From: Chloroflexota bacterium
GTDB lineage: Bacteria; Chloroflexota; Dehalococcoidia; UBA2979
Direction of reading: 5' to 3'
Length of the DNA: 53,126 nucleotides
Assembly: GCA_027593235.1 (NCBI GenBank)
Contig: JAQCIU010000022.1
Coordinates: 1-53,126, forward strand
The translations under genes were made by a program, and so were the position numbers. The notes beneath the pieces are model-generated. The model saw nothing but the letters and a program-made list of their open reading frames with translations. It ran no database searches and was not told where the DNA came from. Below, piece after piece: positions 1 through 8,075 of this stretch (position 1 is the stretch's first letter; the number at the start of each line of letters is the position of its first letter).

Positions 1-1
1 C

Positions 2-1930
2 GACCCGCTGGCGGTGCTGGCGCACGGCGAGGCCTCGCGCGACCGGCGCCTTGCCTCGGAACGAGCGACCGCGGGAGCCGCGGCCGCGGTCGCGGCGGCG
101 ACGACACCGGACGGCATGGTCGCGGTGAACACGCCGGTGCAGGGCACCGTCGTCAGCGTCGAGGTTGCCGAGGGCGACGCCGTGCGCGCCGGACAGCTCG
201 TCGTCGTGATGGAGGCGATGAAGATGCAGCACGAGGTGGTCGCCACCTCGGGCGGCTTTGTGCGCCGAATCGTCGTTTCGCCCGGCGACACGATCTACGA
301 GGGCAACCCGCTCGTCTTCATCGAAGAGGCCGTTGTCGACGGCGCCGCTGCCGAAGCGGAAGAGGAGGTCGACCTCGACTTCCTGCGACCCGATCTCGCC
401 GAGGTCGAAGGCCGCCGCGCCACCACCCTCGACGAGAACCGCGAGTGGGCCGTCGAGCGCCGTCGTCGCACCGGCCAACAGACGCTACGCGAGAGCCTCG
501 CCCAGCTCTTCGACGACGGTAGCTTCGTCGAGTACGGCCAGCTCGTCCTTGCCGCGCAGCGCCGCCGCCGCTCGCTGGAGGACCTCATCGAGAAGACCTC
601 GGCAGACGGGATGGTGATCGGCATCGGGTCGGTCAACGGCGACCAGTTCGAGAACCCGGCCGACCGCGTCGCGCTCATCGCCTATGACTACACCGTGCTG
701 GCCGGCACCCAGGGCCAGCGTAACCACCGCAAGACCGACCGCATGATCGACGTCGCCGCGCGGACCCGCACCCCGCTGGTGTTGTTCGCGGAAGGCGGCG
801 GCGGCCGTCCCGGCGACACCGACGAGGGCGGTGGCGGCAGCCACACCTTCGCGCACTTCCCGCAGCTCAGCGGGCTGATCCCGCTGGTCGGGATCAGCTC
901 GGGGCGGTGCTTTGCCGGCAACGCGTCGCTGCTCGGCTGCTGCGACGTCATCATCGCGACCGCCGACTCGAACATTGGGATGGGCGGCCCGGCGATGATC
1001 GAGGGCGGCGGCCTCGGTGTGTTCGCGCCGGAGGACATCGGCGGCATGGACGTCCAGGTGCCGAACGGCGTCGTCGACATCGCCGTCGAGGACGAGCGCG
1101 AGGCGGTCGAGGTCGCCAAGAAGTACCTGTCGTACTTCCAGGGGCGAACCAAGGACTGGGTCGAACCCGACCAGCGCGTGATGCGCCGCATCGTTCCGGA
1201 GAACCGACTGCGCGTCTACGACATCCGCCAGGTGATCGACACGCTGGCTGACGAGGGCTCCGTCCTCGAAATCCGCAAAGGCTTCGGCTTCGGAATGGTC
1301 ACCTCGTTCATTCGTGTCGAGGGACGTCCGGTTGGCGTGGTCGCCAACAACCCGGCCCACATTGGCGGCGCGATCGATGCGGATGCCGCCGACAAGGGCG
1401 CGCGCTTCATGCAGATTTGCGACGCCTTCGACATCCCGGTGCTTTTCCTCTGCGACACCCCCGGCATCATGGTCGGGCCCGAAGTCGAGAAGACCGCGCT
1501 CGTGCGCCACGCGAACCGCATGTTCGTCGTCGGCGCGAACCTCGATGTGCCGTTCTTCACCATCATCATTCGCAAGGCCTACGGCCTCGGCGCGATCGCG
1601 ATGGGCGGCGGCAACTTCCTGCAGCCGCTCTACAGCGTCGCGTGGCCAACCGGCGAGTTCCACGGCATGGGTATCGAGGGCTCCGTGAAACTCGGCTACC
1701 GCAAGGAACTCGCCGCGATCGAAGATCCCGAGGAGCGCCTCCGCGCCTACGAGGAACGCGTCGCCCAGGCTTACGAGGATGGCAAGGCGCTCAACCGCGC
1801 CAGCCTCTTCGGCATCGACGACGCGATCGACCCCGCCGACTCACGCCGCTGGCTCGCCGGCCTGATGAAGTCGCTACCGCCAGTCCCGCCCCGCGAAGGC
1901 AAGAAGCGACCGTACATCGATGCCTGGTAG
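2..1930 (+). CDS. Single-chain biotin-dependent acyl-CoA carboxylase, 5'-truncated (BCCP + carboxyltransferase domains visible)
   Basis: Frame is open from the window edge. Biotinylation motif EAMKM, then carboxyltransferase motifs (YDYTVLAGTQG, GGGGRPGD, FLCDTPGIMVGP, RKAYGLG). Confidence 0.9.
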   Translation, partial: DPLAVLAHGEASRDRRLASERATAGAAAAVAAATTPDGMVAVNTPVQGTVVSVEVAEGDAVRAGQLVVVMEAMKMQHEVVATSGGFVRRIVVSPGDTIYEGNPLVFIEEAVVDGAAAEAEEEVDLDFLRPDLAEVEGRRATTLDENREWAVERRRRTGQQTLRESLAQLFDDGSFVEYGQLVLAAQRRRRSLEDLIEKTSADGMVIGIGSVNGDQFENPADRVALIAYDYTVLAGTQGQRNHRKTDRMIDVAARTRTPLVLFAEGGGGRPGDTDEGGGGSHTFAHFPQLSGLIPLVGISSGRCFAGNASLLGCCDVIIATADSNIGMGGPAMIEGGGLGVFAPEDIGGMDVQVPNGVVDIAVEDEREAVEVAKKYLSYFQGRTKDWVEPDQRVMRRIVPENRLRVYDIRQVIDTLADEGSVLEIRKGFGFGMVTSFIRVEGRPVGVVANNPAHIGGAIDADAADKGARFMQICDAFDIPVLFLCDTPGIMVGPEVEKTALVRHANRMFVVGANLDVPFFTIIIRKAYGLGAIAMGGGNFLQPLYSVAWPTGEFHGMGIEGSVKLGYRKELAAIEDPEERLRAYEERVAQAYEDGKALNRASLFGIDDAIDPADSRRWLAGLMKSLPPVPPREGKKRPYIDAW

Positions 1931-1939
1931 GGAGCCCCG

Positions 1940-2956
1940 ATGACCGACCTGACCAACCACCAGCTCCGCCTCCGTTCCCGCCCGACCGGTGGCGCCGGCC
2001 CCGAGCACTTCGAGGCGACCGAGGAGCCCGCGCGTCCTCCCGAGGACGGCGAGGTGCTGCTTGAGACGCTCTATGTCTCGATCGATCCGGCGATGCGCGT
2101 CTGGATGAACGAGGACCCCGGCTACGTCCCGCCGATCGGCCTCGGCGAGGTGATGCGCGGCGGCGGCATTGCGCGCGTCCTCGAGAGCCGCGCCGAGGGC
2201 TTCGCGGCTGGGGACGTCGTGGCTGCGCGGCCGGGCTGGCAGGATCACCCGACACTGCCCGCCGGCGACCTCCAGAAGCTCGACCTGAGCCTCGGCAGTA
2301 TCGAGGACTGGGCGGGCCCGATCGGGACCACCGGTCTGACGGCGTTCTTCGGCATCCGCGAGGTCGGGAAGATCAAGCCGGGCGAGACGGTGCTCGTGTC
2401 TGGCGCGGCGGGAGCCGTCGGCCAGATGGTCGGGCAGATCGCGAAGATCGAGGGCTGCACCGTCGTCGGCATCGCCGGTGGACCGGAGAAGTGCGCACGA
2501 CTGACCGACGAGCTGAATTTCGACGCCGCGATCGACTACAAGGCGACCGACGACCTCGAGGCCGCGATCGCTAGCGCCTGTCCCGACGGGGTGGACGTGT
2601 TCTTCGACAACGTCGGTGGCGAGACCCTCGACGCCGCGCTCGCCAACTTGCGAATGCACGGGCGTGCCGTGATCTGCGGACGCATCTCGCAGACGGCGGC
2701 CGAGGAGCTGTACGGCATCAAGAACCTCGGCCTGCTGATCGGCAAGCGAGCCCGCGTCGAGGGCTTCATCGTCTCCGACTACGCCTCGGAGTTCGGCGAG
2801 GCCCGCCGCTGGATCTCGCAGCGGCTGCGTGAGGGGGAGCTGAGGCAGACGCTGCACGTCGTCGACGGCCTCGCGCGGGCCCCGGAGGCGCTGGCGATGC
2901 TGTTCGCGGGCAAGAACACCGGCAAGCTCGTCGTGCGCGTCGCCGCGGAGGATTGA
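1940..2956 (+). CDS. NADP-dependent oxidoreductase (MDR superfamily, prostaglandin reductase/CurA-like)
   Basis: SIDPAMRVWM, VSGAAGAVG, FFDNVGG and GKNTGKLVV motifs; GGGAG ribosome-binding site 5' of the ATG. Confidence 0.9.
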   Translation: MTDLTNHQLRLRSRPTGGAGPEHFEATEEPARPPEDGEVLLETLYVSIDPAMRVWMNEDPGYVPPIGLGEVMRGGGIARVLESRAEGFAAGDVVAARPGWQDHPTLPAGDLQKLDLSLGSIEDWAGPIGTTGLTAFFGIREVGKIKPGETVLVSGAAGAVGQMVGQIAKIEGCTVVGIAGGPEKCARLTDELNFDAAIDYKATDDLEAAIASACPDGVDVFFDNVGGETLDAALANLRMHGRAVICGRISQTAAEELYGIKNLGLLIGKRARVEGFIVSDYASEFGEARRWISQRLREGELRQTLHVVDGLARAPEALAMLFAGKNTGKLVVRVAAED

Positions 2957-2993
2957 GCTACCTCGGTCGGGCCGCGCCCGTACTATGCGCGGC

Positions 2994-4175
2994 ATGACCA
3001 CCGACGAGTCCCCCGGCACGCTCAGCGGCGTGCGCGTCCTCGACCTGACCGATGAGCGCGCGATCTACGGATCGAAGCAGCTCGCCGACCTCGGCGCCGA
3101 CGTGATCCGTGTTGAACCGCCCGAGGGCGATCCATTGCGCCGCCGCGGTCCGTTCGCCACCGACGGTGCTGGCAACCCGCACTCCCTGTACTACGCCTTC
3201 TACGGCTCGAACCGACGCTCCGTTGTGCTCGACCTCGAGAGTGACGAGGGCCGCGCGCAACTCCGGCGCCTGGCGCTGGCCTCGGATGTGGTCGTGGACA
3301 CCGGTCGCCTCGCCTCGGCGGGGATCGACGTGGCGGCGTTGATCGAGGAGCAGCCAGCGCTCGTGGTGGTGTCGGTCAGCTCGTTCGGGAGCGGCGGGCC
3401 GTGGGCGGATTACCTGACCACCGACCTGGTGACGGGTGCCCTCGGCGGGCTTGTCGCCACCACCGGCGACGTCGATACGCAGCCGCTGAACACCTACGGC
3501 GAGCTGAACTTCGTGACGACGGGCGCCTACGCGGCGATCGGCGCGCTGGCCGCGCTGCGCCATGCCCGCGAGACGGGCGAAGGCCAACTGGTGGAATTGG
3601 CGGCGCACGAGGCGATTCCATCCTGCCTCGAACACGTCCTGATGTGGGCCTGGCACCACGAGGCGTTGCCGATCGCCGAAAGCAACGTGCTGCCTCGACG
3701 CGGGTCCGTGCACTGGTCGGACGTCTACGCGGTGATGCAGGCGCGGGGCGGGTCAATCATGGTGACCGTGACGCCGGACCCGGCCGCTCAGCTCGCCTGG
3801 TTGATGGAGAAGGGTGCCGAGGAAGACCTGCTCGACCCCAAGTATCACGATCTGCTGCAACCGCGGCTGCTGACGATGCGGATGATGGAAGTGCTCCGCG
3901 ATTGGGTGGCGGAGCAAGCGGTCGAGGAGCTGTTCTTCGAGGCGCAGGGCCGCCACTTCCCCTACGGCTGGGTCCTGTCTCCCGAGCGTGTCGCGGCGAG
4001 CCCGCAACTCGAGGATCGCGGGTGGTGGGCCGACTACGAGGTCGGCGACACGACCGTGCGCGGCCCCGGTGCTCCGTACCGCCTCGAAGGCACGCCAGTA
4101 GCGTCGACGCGACGCCTGAGTGCGCCCGGCACCGACACGGCGGCGCTACTCGACGAGATCGGTTGGGCGGGATAG
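2994..4175 (+). CDS. Family III (CaiB/BaiF) CoA-transferase, subunit lacking the catalytic Asp
   Basis: LSGVRVLDL...LADLGADVIRVEPP; ELNFVTTG where active enzymes carry Asp. Start placed at ATG 2994, 7 nt after TACTAT. Confidence 0.88.
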   Translation: MTTDESPGTLSGVRVLDLTDERAIYGSKQLADLGADVIRVEPPEGDPLRRRGPFATDGAGNPHSLYYAFYGSNRRSVVLDLESDEGRAQLRRLALASDVVVDTGRLASAGIDVAALIEEQPALVVVSVSSFGSGGPWADYLTTDLVTGALGGLVATTGDVDTQPLNTYGELNFVTTGAYAAIGALAALRHARETGEGQLVELAAHEAIPSCLEHVLMWAWHHEALPIAESNVLPRRGSVHWSDVYAVMQARGGSIMVTVTPDPAAQLAWLMEKGAEEDLLDPKYHDLLQPRLLTMRMMEVLRDWVAEQAVEELFFEAQGRHFPYGWVLSPERVAASPQLEDRGWWADYEVGDTTVRGPGAPYRLEGTPVASTRRLSAPGTDTAALLDEIGWAG

Positions 4176-5362
4176 TGGCGAGACCGCTCGACGGCGTGCG
4201 GGTGCTCGATTTCACCCACGTGCTGGCGGGGCCGTTCGCGACGCGGATTCTCGCCGACCTCGGGGCGGACGTGGTGAAAGTGGTCTCCGAGGCGCGCCCG
4301 GGGAACACGCCGGTCACCTCGTACTTCCAGATGTGGAACCGCAACAAGCGCTCGCTCGCCCTCGACATGTCGACCAACCGCGGGCGGGAGATCGCCCGCT
4401 CACTCGCTGAACGCGCCGACGTGGTGATCGAGAACTTTTCCCCGGGCGTGCTGGATCGCTGGGGCATGGGCTATGCCGCCGTCGCCGCGGTGAACCCCGG
4501 TGTGATCTACGTGCAGATGTCGGGGATGGGCGACAGCGGCCCCTGGCGTGACTTCGTGAGCTTCGCCCCGACCGTCCACGCGCTGTCCGGGCTGACCTAC
4601 CTCACCGGTATGCCGGGCCGCGAGGACATCGGCATTGGCAGCTCGTTCAACGACCACCAGGCTGGCCTGCACGGCGCCACGGTCGTGCTGGCCGCCCTCG
4701 AGAGCCGGCGGCGCAGCGGCCGAGGCCAGCGCGTCGACTTCGCGCAGTACGAACTCGGCGTCGCGCTCACCGGCCCGGCGCTGCTCGACTACTTCGCCAA
4801 CGGCCAATCGCAGCAGCCCGCCGGGAACCAGCACCGCTTCGAGCTGGCCGCGCCGCACGACACCTACCCCTGCGCGGGCGACGATCGCTGGGTCGCGATC
4901 GCCGTGATGACGGAGGACCATTGGTCGCGGTTCCGGACTGCCCTCGGCGACCCCGAGTGGGCGCAAGACTCGCGTTTCGCGACGGCCGCCGATCGCCTCG
5001 AACACGCCGACGAACTGGACCGCCAGATCTCGGAATGGACGCGCGCCCTCGATGCCTACGAGCTGCAGGCGAGGCTTCAGGCGGCGGGCGTGCCGGCGGG
5101 CGTCGTGCAGACAGGCGCGGACCTCGTGCACCGCGATCCGCAGCTCGCCGCCAGCGGGTACTTCACCACGACCGAAGACTCGGGCGCGTACGCCGCGCCG
5201 ACTCCGGTCGATCGGCTACCCCTGCACTTCTCGAAGACGCCGGTCGAGCAGTACCGCGCTCCGCGCGCCGTCGGCGCCGACAACGTCGTCGTCCTCGACG
5301 AGTGGCTCGCGATGCCCGAGGAGGATGTGCATGCCGAGGAAGCCGGCGGCACGCTTCGCTAG
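4175..5362 (+). CDS. Family III CoA-transferase, catalytic subunit
   Basis: GTG start overlaps the upstream TAG; PLDGVRVLDFTHVLAGP, NRNKRS, ENFSPG, and Asp present in SFNDHQAG. Confidence 0.9.
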   Translation: MARPLDGVRVLDFTHVLAGPFATRILADLGADVVKVVSEARPGNTPVTSYFQMWNRNKRSLALDMSTNRGREIARSLAERADVVIENFSPGVLDRWGMGYAAVAAVNPGVIYVQMSGMGDSGPWRDFVSFAPTVHALSGLTYLTGMPGREDIGIGSSFNDHQAGLHGATVVLAALESRRRSGRGQRVDFAQYELGVALTGPALLDYFANGQSQQPAGNQHRFELAAPHDTYPCAGDDRWVAIAVMTEDHWSRFRTALGDPEWAQDSRFATAADRLEHADELDRQISEWTRALDAYELQARLQAAGVPAGVVQTGADLVHRDPQLAASGYFTTTEDSGAYAAPTPVDRLPLHFSKTPVEQYRAPRAVGADNVVVLDEWLAMPEEDVHAEEAGGTLR

Positions 5363-5417
5363 CCCACGCGGGCCTTCCCCAACAACCGCCGACCGTCAGC
5401 GAGGTCAGACTGAATTG

Positions 5418-6503
5418 ATGCGCTTCTTCAAACCGCTCGCGCTCGCAGCCGTCATCGCGGTCGCCACCTTCGCGCTTGCCTGTTCGCAGCGCACGGACGG
5501 AGACGCCTCGCCGGTCGGCGCGTCTGTTACCGCGATATCGACCGTCGTCGCCGCGCCAGCCGGCACGCAGTTCGGCAGCGCCGGCCTGATCCCCAGGAAC
5601 TTCCCGCGTTCCGAGGAGTCCGACTGGGTCGCGATGTACGAGCGCGCTCCCGAGGTAGGGCCGCTGATCGGCGTCTACGGCGACTGGCGAGGTGATGGCA
5701 CCTCCTCGGGCGAGGTGCCGACGGTGTTCCGCGCCGGCTTTGCCGCCGCCGATCGGTTCCACAGCTTCACTCCCGTCATCGGGCTCGGGTTCGCGAACGA
5801 CGATCCGCTGACCGGCGCCCTGACGCCGTCCGTCGACTGGACCGACCCGACCGAGGTGGCGAACTTCACCGCCGTGGCGACGGGCATCGCGGCTGAGTAT
5901 CAGCCCGGCTTCATCGTGGTCGGCGCCGAGATCAACCGGATCTGGGAGCAGCACCCGGCGACCTACTCCGCCTTTATCGCCGCCTGGCCCGCGATCTACG
6001 ACGCGATGAAAGCGGTGTCGCCAGCCACCGAGGTGGGCATCGGCTTCCAGCTCGAGATCATGCGCGGCGGTGGCTTCCTGACCGGGCAACCTCACGAGGT
6101 GCACTGGCACCTCCTGGATGAGGTTCGCGAACATGCGGACTTCATCGCCTTCTCGACGTACCCGTACCTCGACTTCGAGACGCCCGAGGCGCTGCCGGCC
6201 AACTACTACGACGAAGCGGCAACGCAGGCCGGCCTCCCGATCGCGTTCAGCGAGATGGGCTGGCCGTCGCGGCCGCTGTCGAACTTCCCGGACTCGGGCT
6301 ACGGCGGTTCCGAAGCTGAACAGGTGGCCTTCGCGGAGCGCTTCCTTGAAATGATCGACGGGCTGGATGTCCGCTTCGCGCTCTGGTCGTTCCAGCACGA
6401 CATCGGTTCGACGGGCGGTCCGGCGTTCGAGAGCGTTGCTGTCCGCGAGAACGACGGCACGGCCAAGCCGGTGCTCGCGGTCTGGGGCGCCGCCTCGAAC
6501 TGA
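5418..6503 (+). CDS. Putative lipoprotein, glycoside hydrolase clan-A-like TIM barrel
   Basis: Signal peptide with lipobox-like ALAC; candidate acid/base GAEIN and nucleophile FSEMGWPS; STYPY motif. Confidence 0.6.
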   Translation: MRFFKPLALAAVIAVATFALACSQRTDGDASPVGASVTAISTVVAAPAGTQFGSAGLIPRNFPRSEESDWVAMYERAPEVGPLIGVYGDWRGDGTSSGEVPTVFRAGFAAADRFHSFTPVIGLGFANDDPLTGALTPSVDWTDPTEVANFTAVATGIAAEYQPGFIVVGAEINRIWEQHPATYSAFIAAWPAIYDAMKAVSPATEVGIGFQLEIMRGGGFLTGQPHEVHWHLLDEVREHADFIAFSTYPYLDFETPEALPANYYDEAATQAGLPIAFSEMGWPSRPLSNFPDSGYGGSEAEQVAFAERFLEMIDGLDVRFALWSFQHDIGSTGGPAFESVAVRENDGTAKPVLAVWGAASN

Positions 6504-6594
6504 CGCGCGCCGTCTGATCGTCAGCGCCTCGTCCCGTACATTTGCCCTCGATACCCACGCCCGTGGGGCACGCGAGGACGAACGGACGCCGCCG

Positions 6595-7512
6595 ATGTCG
6601 ATTCGCTACGAGACCCGCGACCAGATCGCCACGATCACGATCGACAACCCGGACAAGGCGAACGTCCTCGACAAGCAGCACTCCGACGAACTGTCCGAGG
6701 CCTGGCGGCAGGTCTGGGAAGACCGCGACGTGCGCGTCGGGATCATCACTGCGACCGGCGACCGCCACTTCTGCGCCGGGCATGACATCAGCCCCTCCGC
6801 CGAGGTCACCCCCGAGGAGCGCGAGTACCTCCGCGCCCAGAAGGCGTTCTGGCCCCACGCCGGCACCGTGAACGGCGCGACGATTGGCGTGGACGGGCGG
6901 ATGGGTGACCATTACCCGCGCGTTTGGAAGCCGATCATCGGCGCGGTCAACGGCTGGGCGGCGGGCGCCGGGCTCTACATCCTGCTCGCTTCCACCGACA
7001 TCCGGATTGCCTCCGCGGAGCACGCGCGCTTCAAGTTCGCGCTGCTGTCGCAGGGCTGGCTCGGCAACGGCCCCGGCGCGACGCTGCTGATGAAGCAGCT
7101 CCGCTACGCCGACGCGATGCGCATCCTGCTGACCGACGAGCCGCTCGACGCGGCCGAAGCGCTGCGCATCGGCCTCGTGAACGAGGTGGTCGCGCACGAT
7201 CGCCTGCTCGAACGCGCGCGCGAACTCGCAACCCACATCGCGACGATGCCGCCGCTGGCGACGCGAATGATGAAGGAGTTCGTCGTCCGTTTCGGCGAGT
7301 CGCGTACCGACGAGGCGTGGCAGGTGCAAAACCTGATCAACACGCTGCTGATCCAGAACACGGCCGACGGCGACGAGGGCCGCCGCGCCTTCAACGAGAA
7401 GCGCCCGCCAAACTTCACGGGCGCGCTTCGCCAGAAGGGCGATCCCTTCCCGGAGCCCGACGCCGAGCAGCGAGCCCGCCTCGACGCCATCTACCAAGCC
7501 CGCGACTTCTAG
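6595..7512 (+). CDS. Crotonase (enoyl-CoA hydratase/isomerase) family protein, non-canonical active site
   Basis: FCAGHD oxyanion motif, KPIIGAVNGWAAGAG, EGRRAFNEKRPPNF. Confidence 0.88.
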   Translation: MSIRYETRDQIATITIDNPDKANVLDKQHSDELSEAWRQVWEDRDVRVGIITATGDRHFCAGHDISPSAEVTPEEREYLRAQKAFWPHAGTVNGATIGVDGRMGDHYPRVWKPIIGAVNGWAAGAGLYILLASTDIRIASAEHARFKFALLSQGWLGNGPGATLLMKQLRYADAMRILLTDEPLDAAEALRIGLVNEVVAHDRLLERARELATHIATMPPLATRMMKEFVVRFGESRTDEAWQVQNLINTLLIQNTADGDEGRRAFNEKRPPNFTGALRQKGDPFPEPDAEQRARLDAIYQARDF

Positions 7513-7516
7513 GGAT

Positions 7517-7551
7517 CTTCGAGGGTCTTCGACCCCTGTTGGCCCTTCGGG
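7517..7551 (-). repeat. Dispersed REP-like hairpin element, copy 1
   Basis: Reverse complement CCCGAAGGGCCAACAGGGGTCGAAGACCCTCGAAG closely matches 31360-31394. Confidence 0.55.
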
Positions 7552-7585
7552 TCCGTCTGACTCAGTTTGCGGAGGGGCGCCGCTG

Positions 7586-8035
7586 CTACTCGGGGCGGCG
7601 TTTGACCAGGTGGTTCACGACGAAGGTCGAGACCGGCTTGTCGTCCTGATTGATGGCGGCGTACTTGAGCCGGAGGATTCCGCGGTCGGGGCGGCGCTCG
7701 GAGGGGTTCACCTCGAGCACCTCGACCTCGGTGCGGAGGGTGTCGCCGGGGCGGACCGGTGCGAGCCACTTCAGGTCGTCGATGCCGGGCGAGCCCATGC
7801 TGGATGCGGCGAGCGTGCCGGTTTGGATGAACAGCCGGAAGCAGACCGAGATCGTGTGGAAGCCGCTCGCGATCAGCCCTTCGTAGATCGACTCCGAGGC
7901 CGCCTTGGTGTCGAGGTGGAATGCCTGCGGGTCGAAGCTCATCGCGAAGTCGATGATCCCGGCCTCGGTGAAGGTGATCCCACCGGTCGTAAAGGTCTCG
8001 CCAACGGTGAAATCGTCGAGGTAGCGGTCGGACAT
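7586..8035 (-). CDS. MaoC family (R)-specific enoyl-CoA hydratase/dehydratase
   Basis: MSDRYLDDF...FDPQAFHLD hydratase-2 motif, IASGFHT, PVRPGDTL. Confidence 0.9.
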   Translation of the reverse strand: MSDRYLDDFTVGETFTTGGITFTEAGIIDFAMSFDPQAFHLDTKAASESIYEGLIASGFHTISVCFRLFIQTGTLAASSMGSPGIDDLKWLAPVRPGDTLRTEVEVLEVNPSERRPDRGILRLKYAAINQDDKPVSTFVVNHLVKRRPE

Positions 8036-8075
8036 GGCGCTCGCCTTTGCTCTGAGGTGCTGCTTGCGCCCGAAG

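Noticed and set aside
3401-4174. Long N-terminal extensions in the ORF track (also at 5052, 9459, 26189, 26854, 30437, 47871, 49524)
   Set aside because: Arg/Pro/Gly-rich off-frame translations overlapping real genes or the riboswitch. Downstream starts with a ribosome-binding site or stop/start overlap fit better, so these are not fusions or frameshifts.
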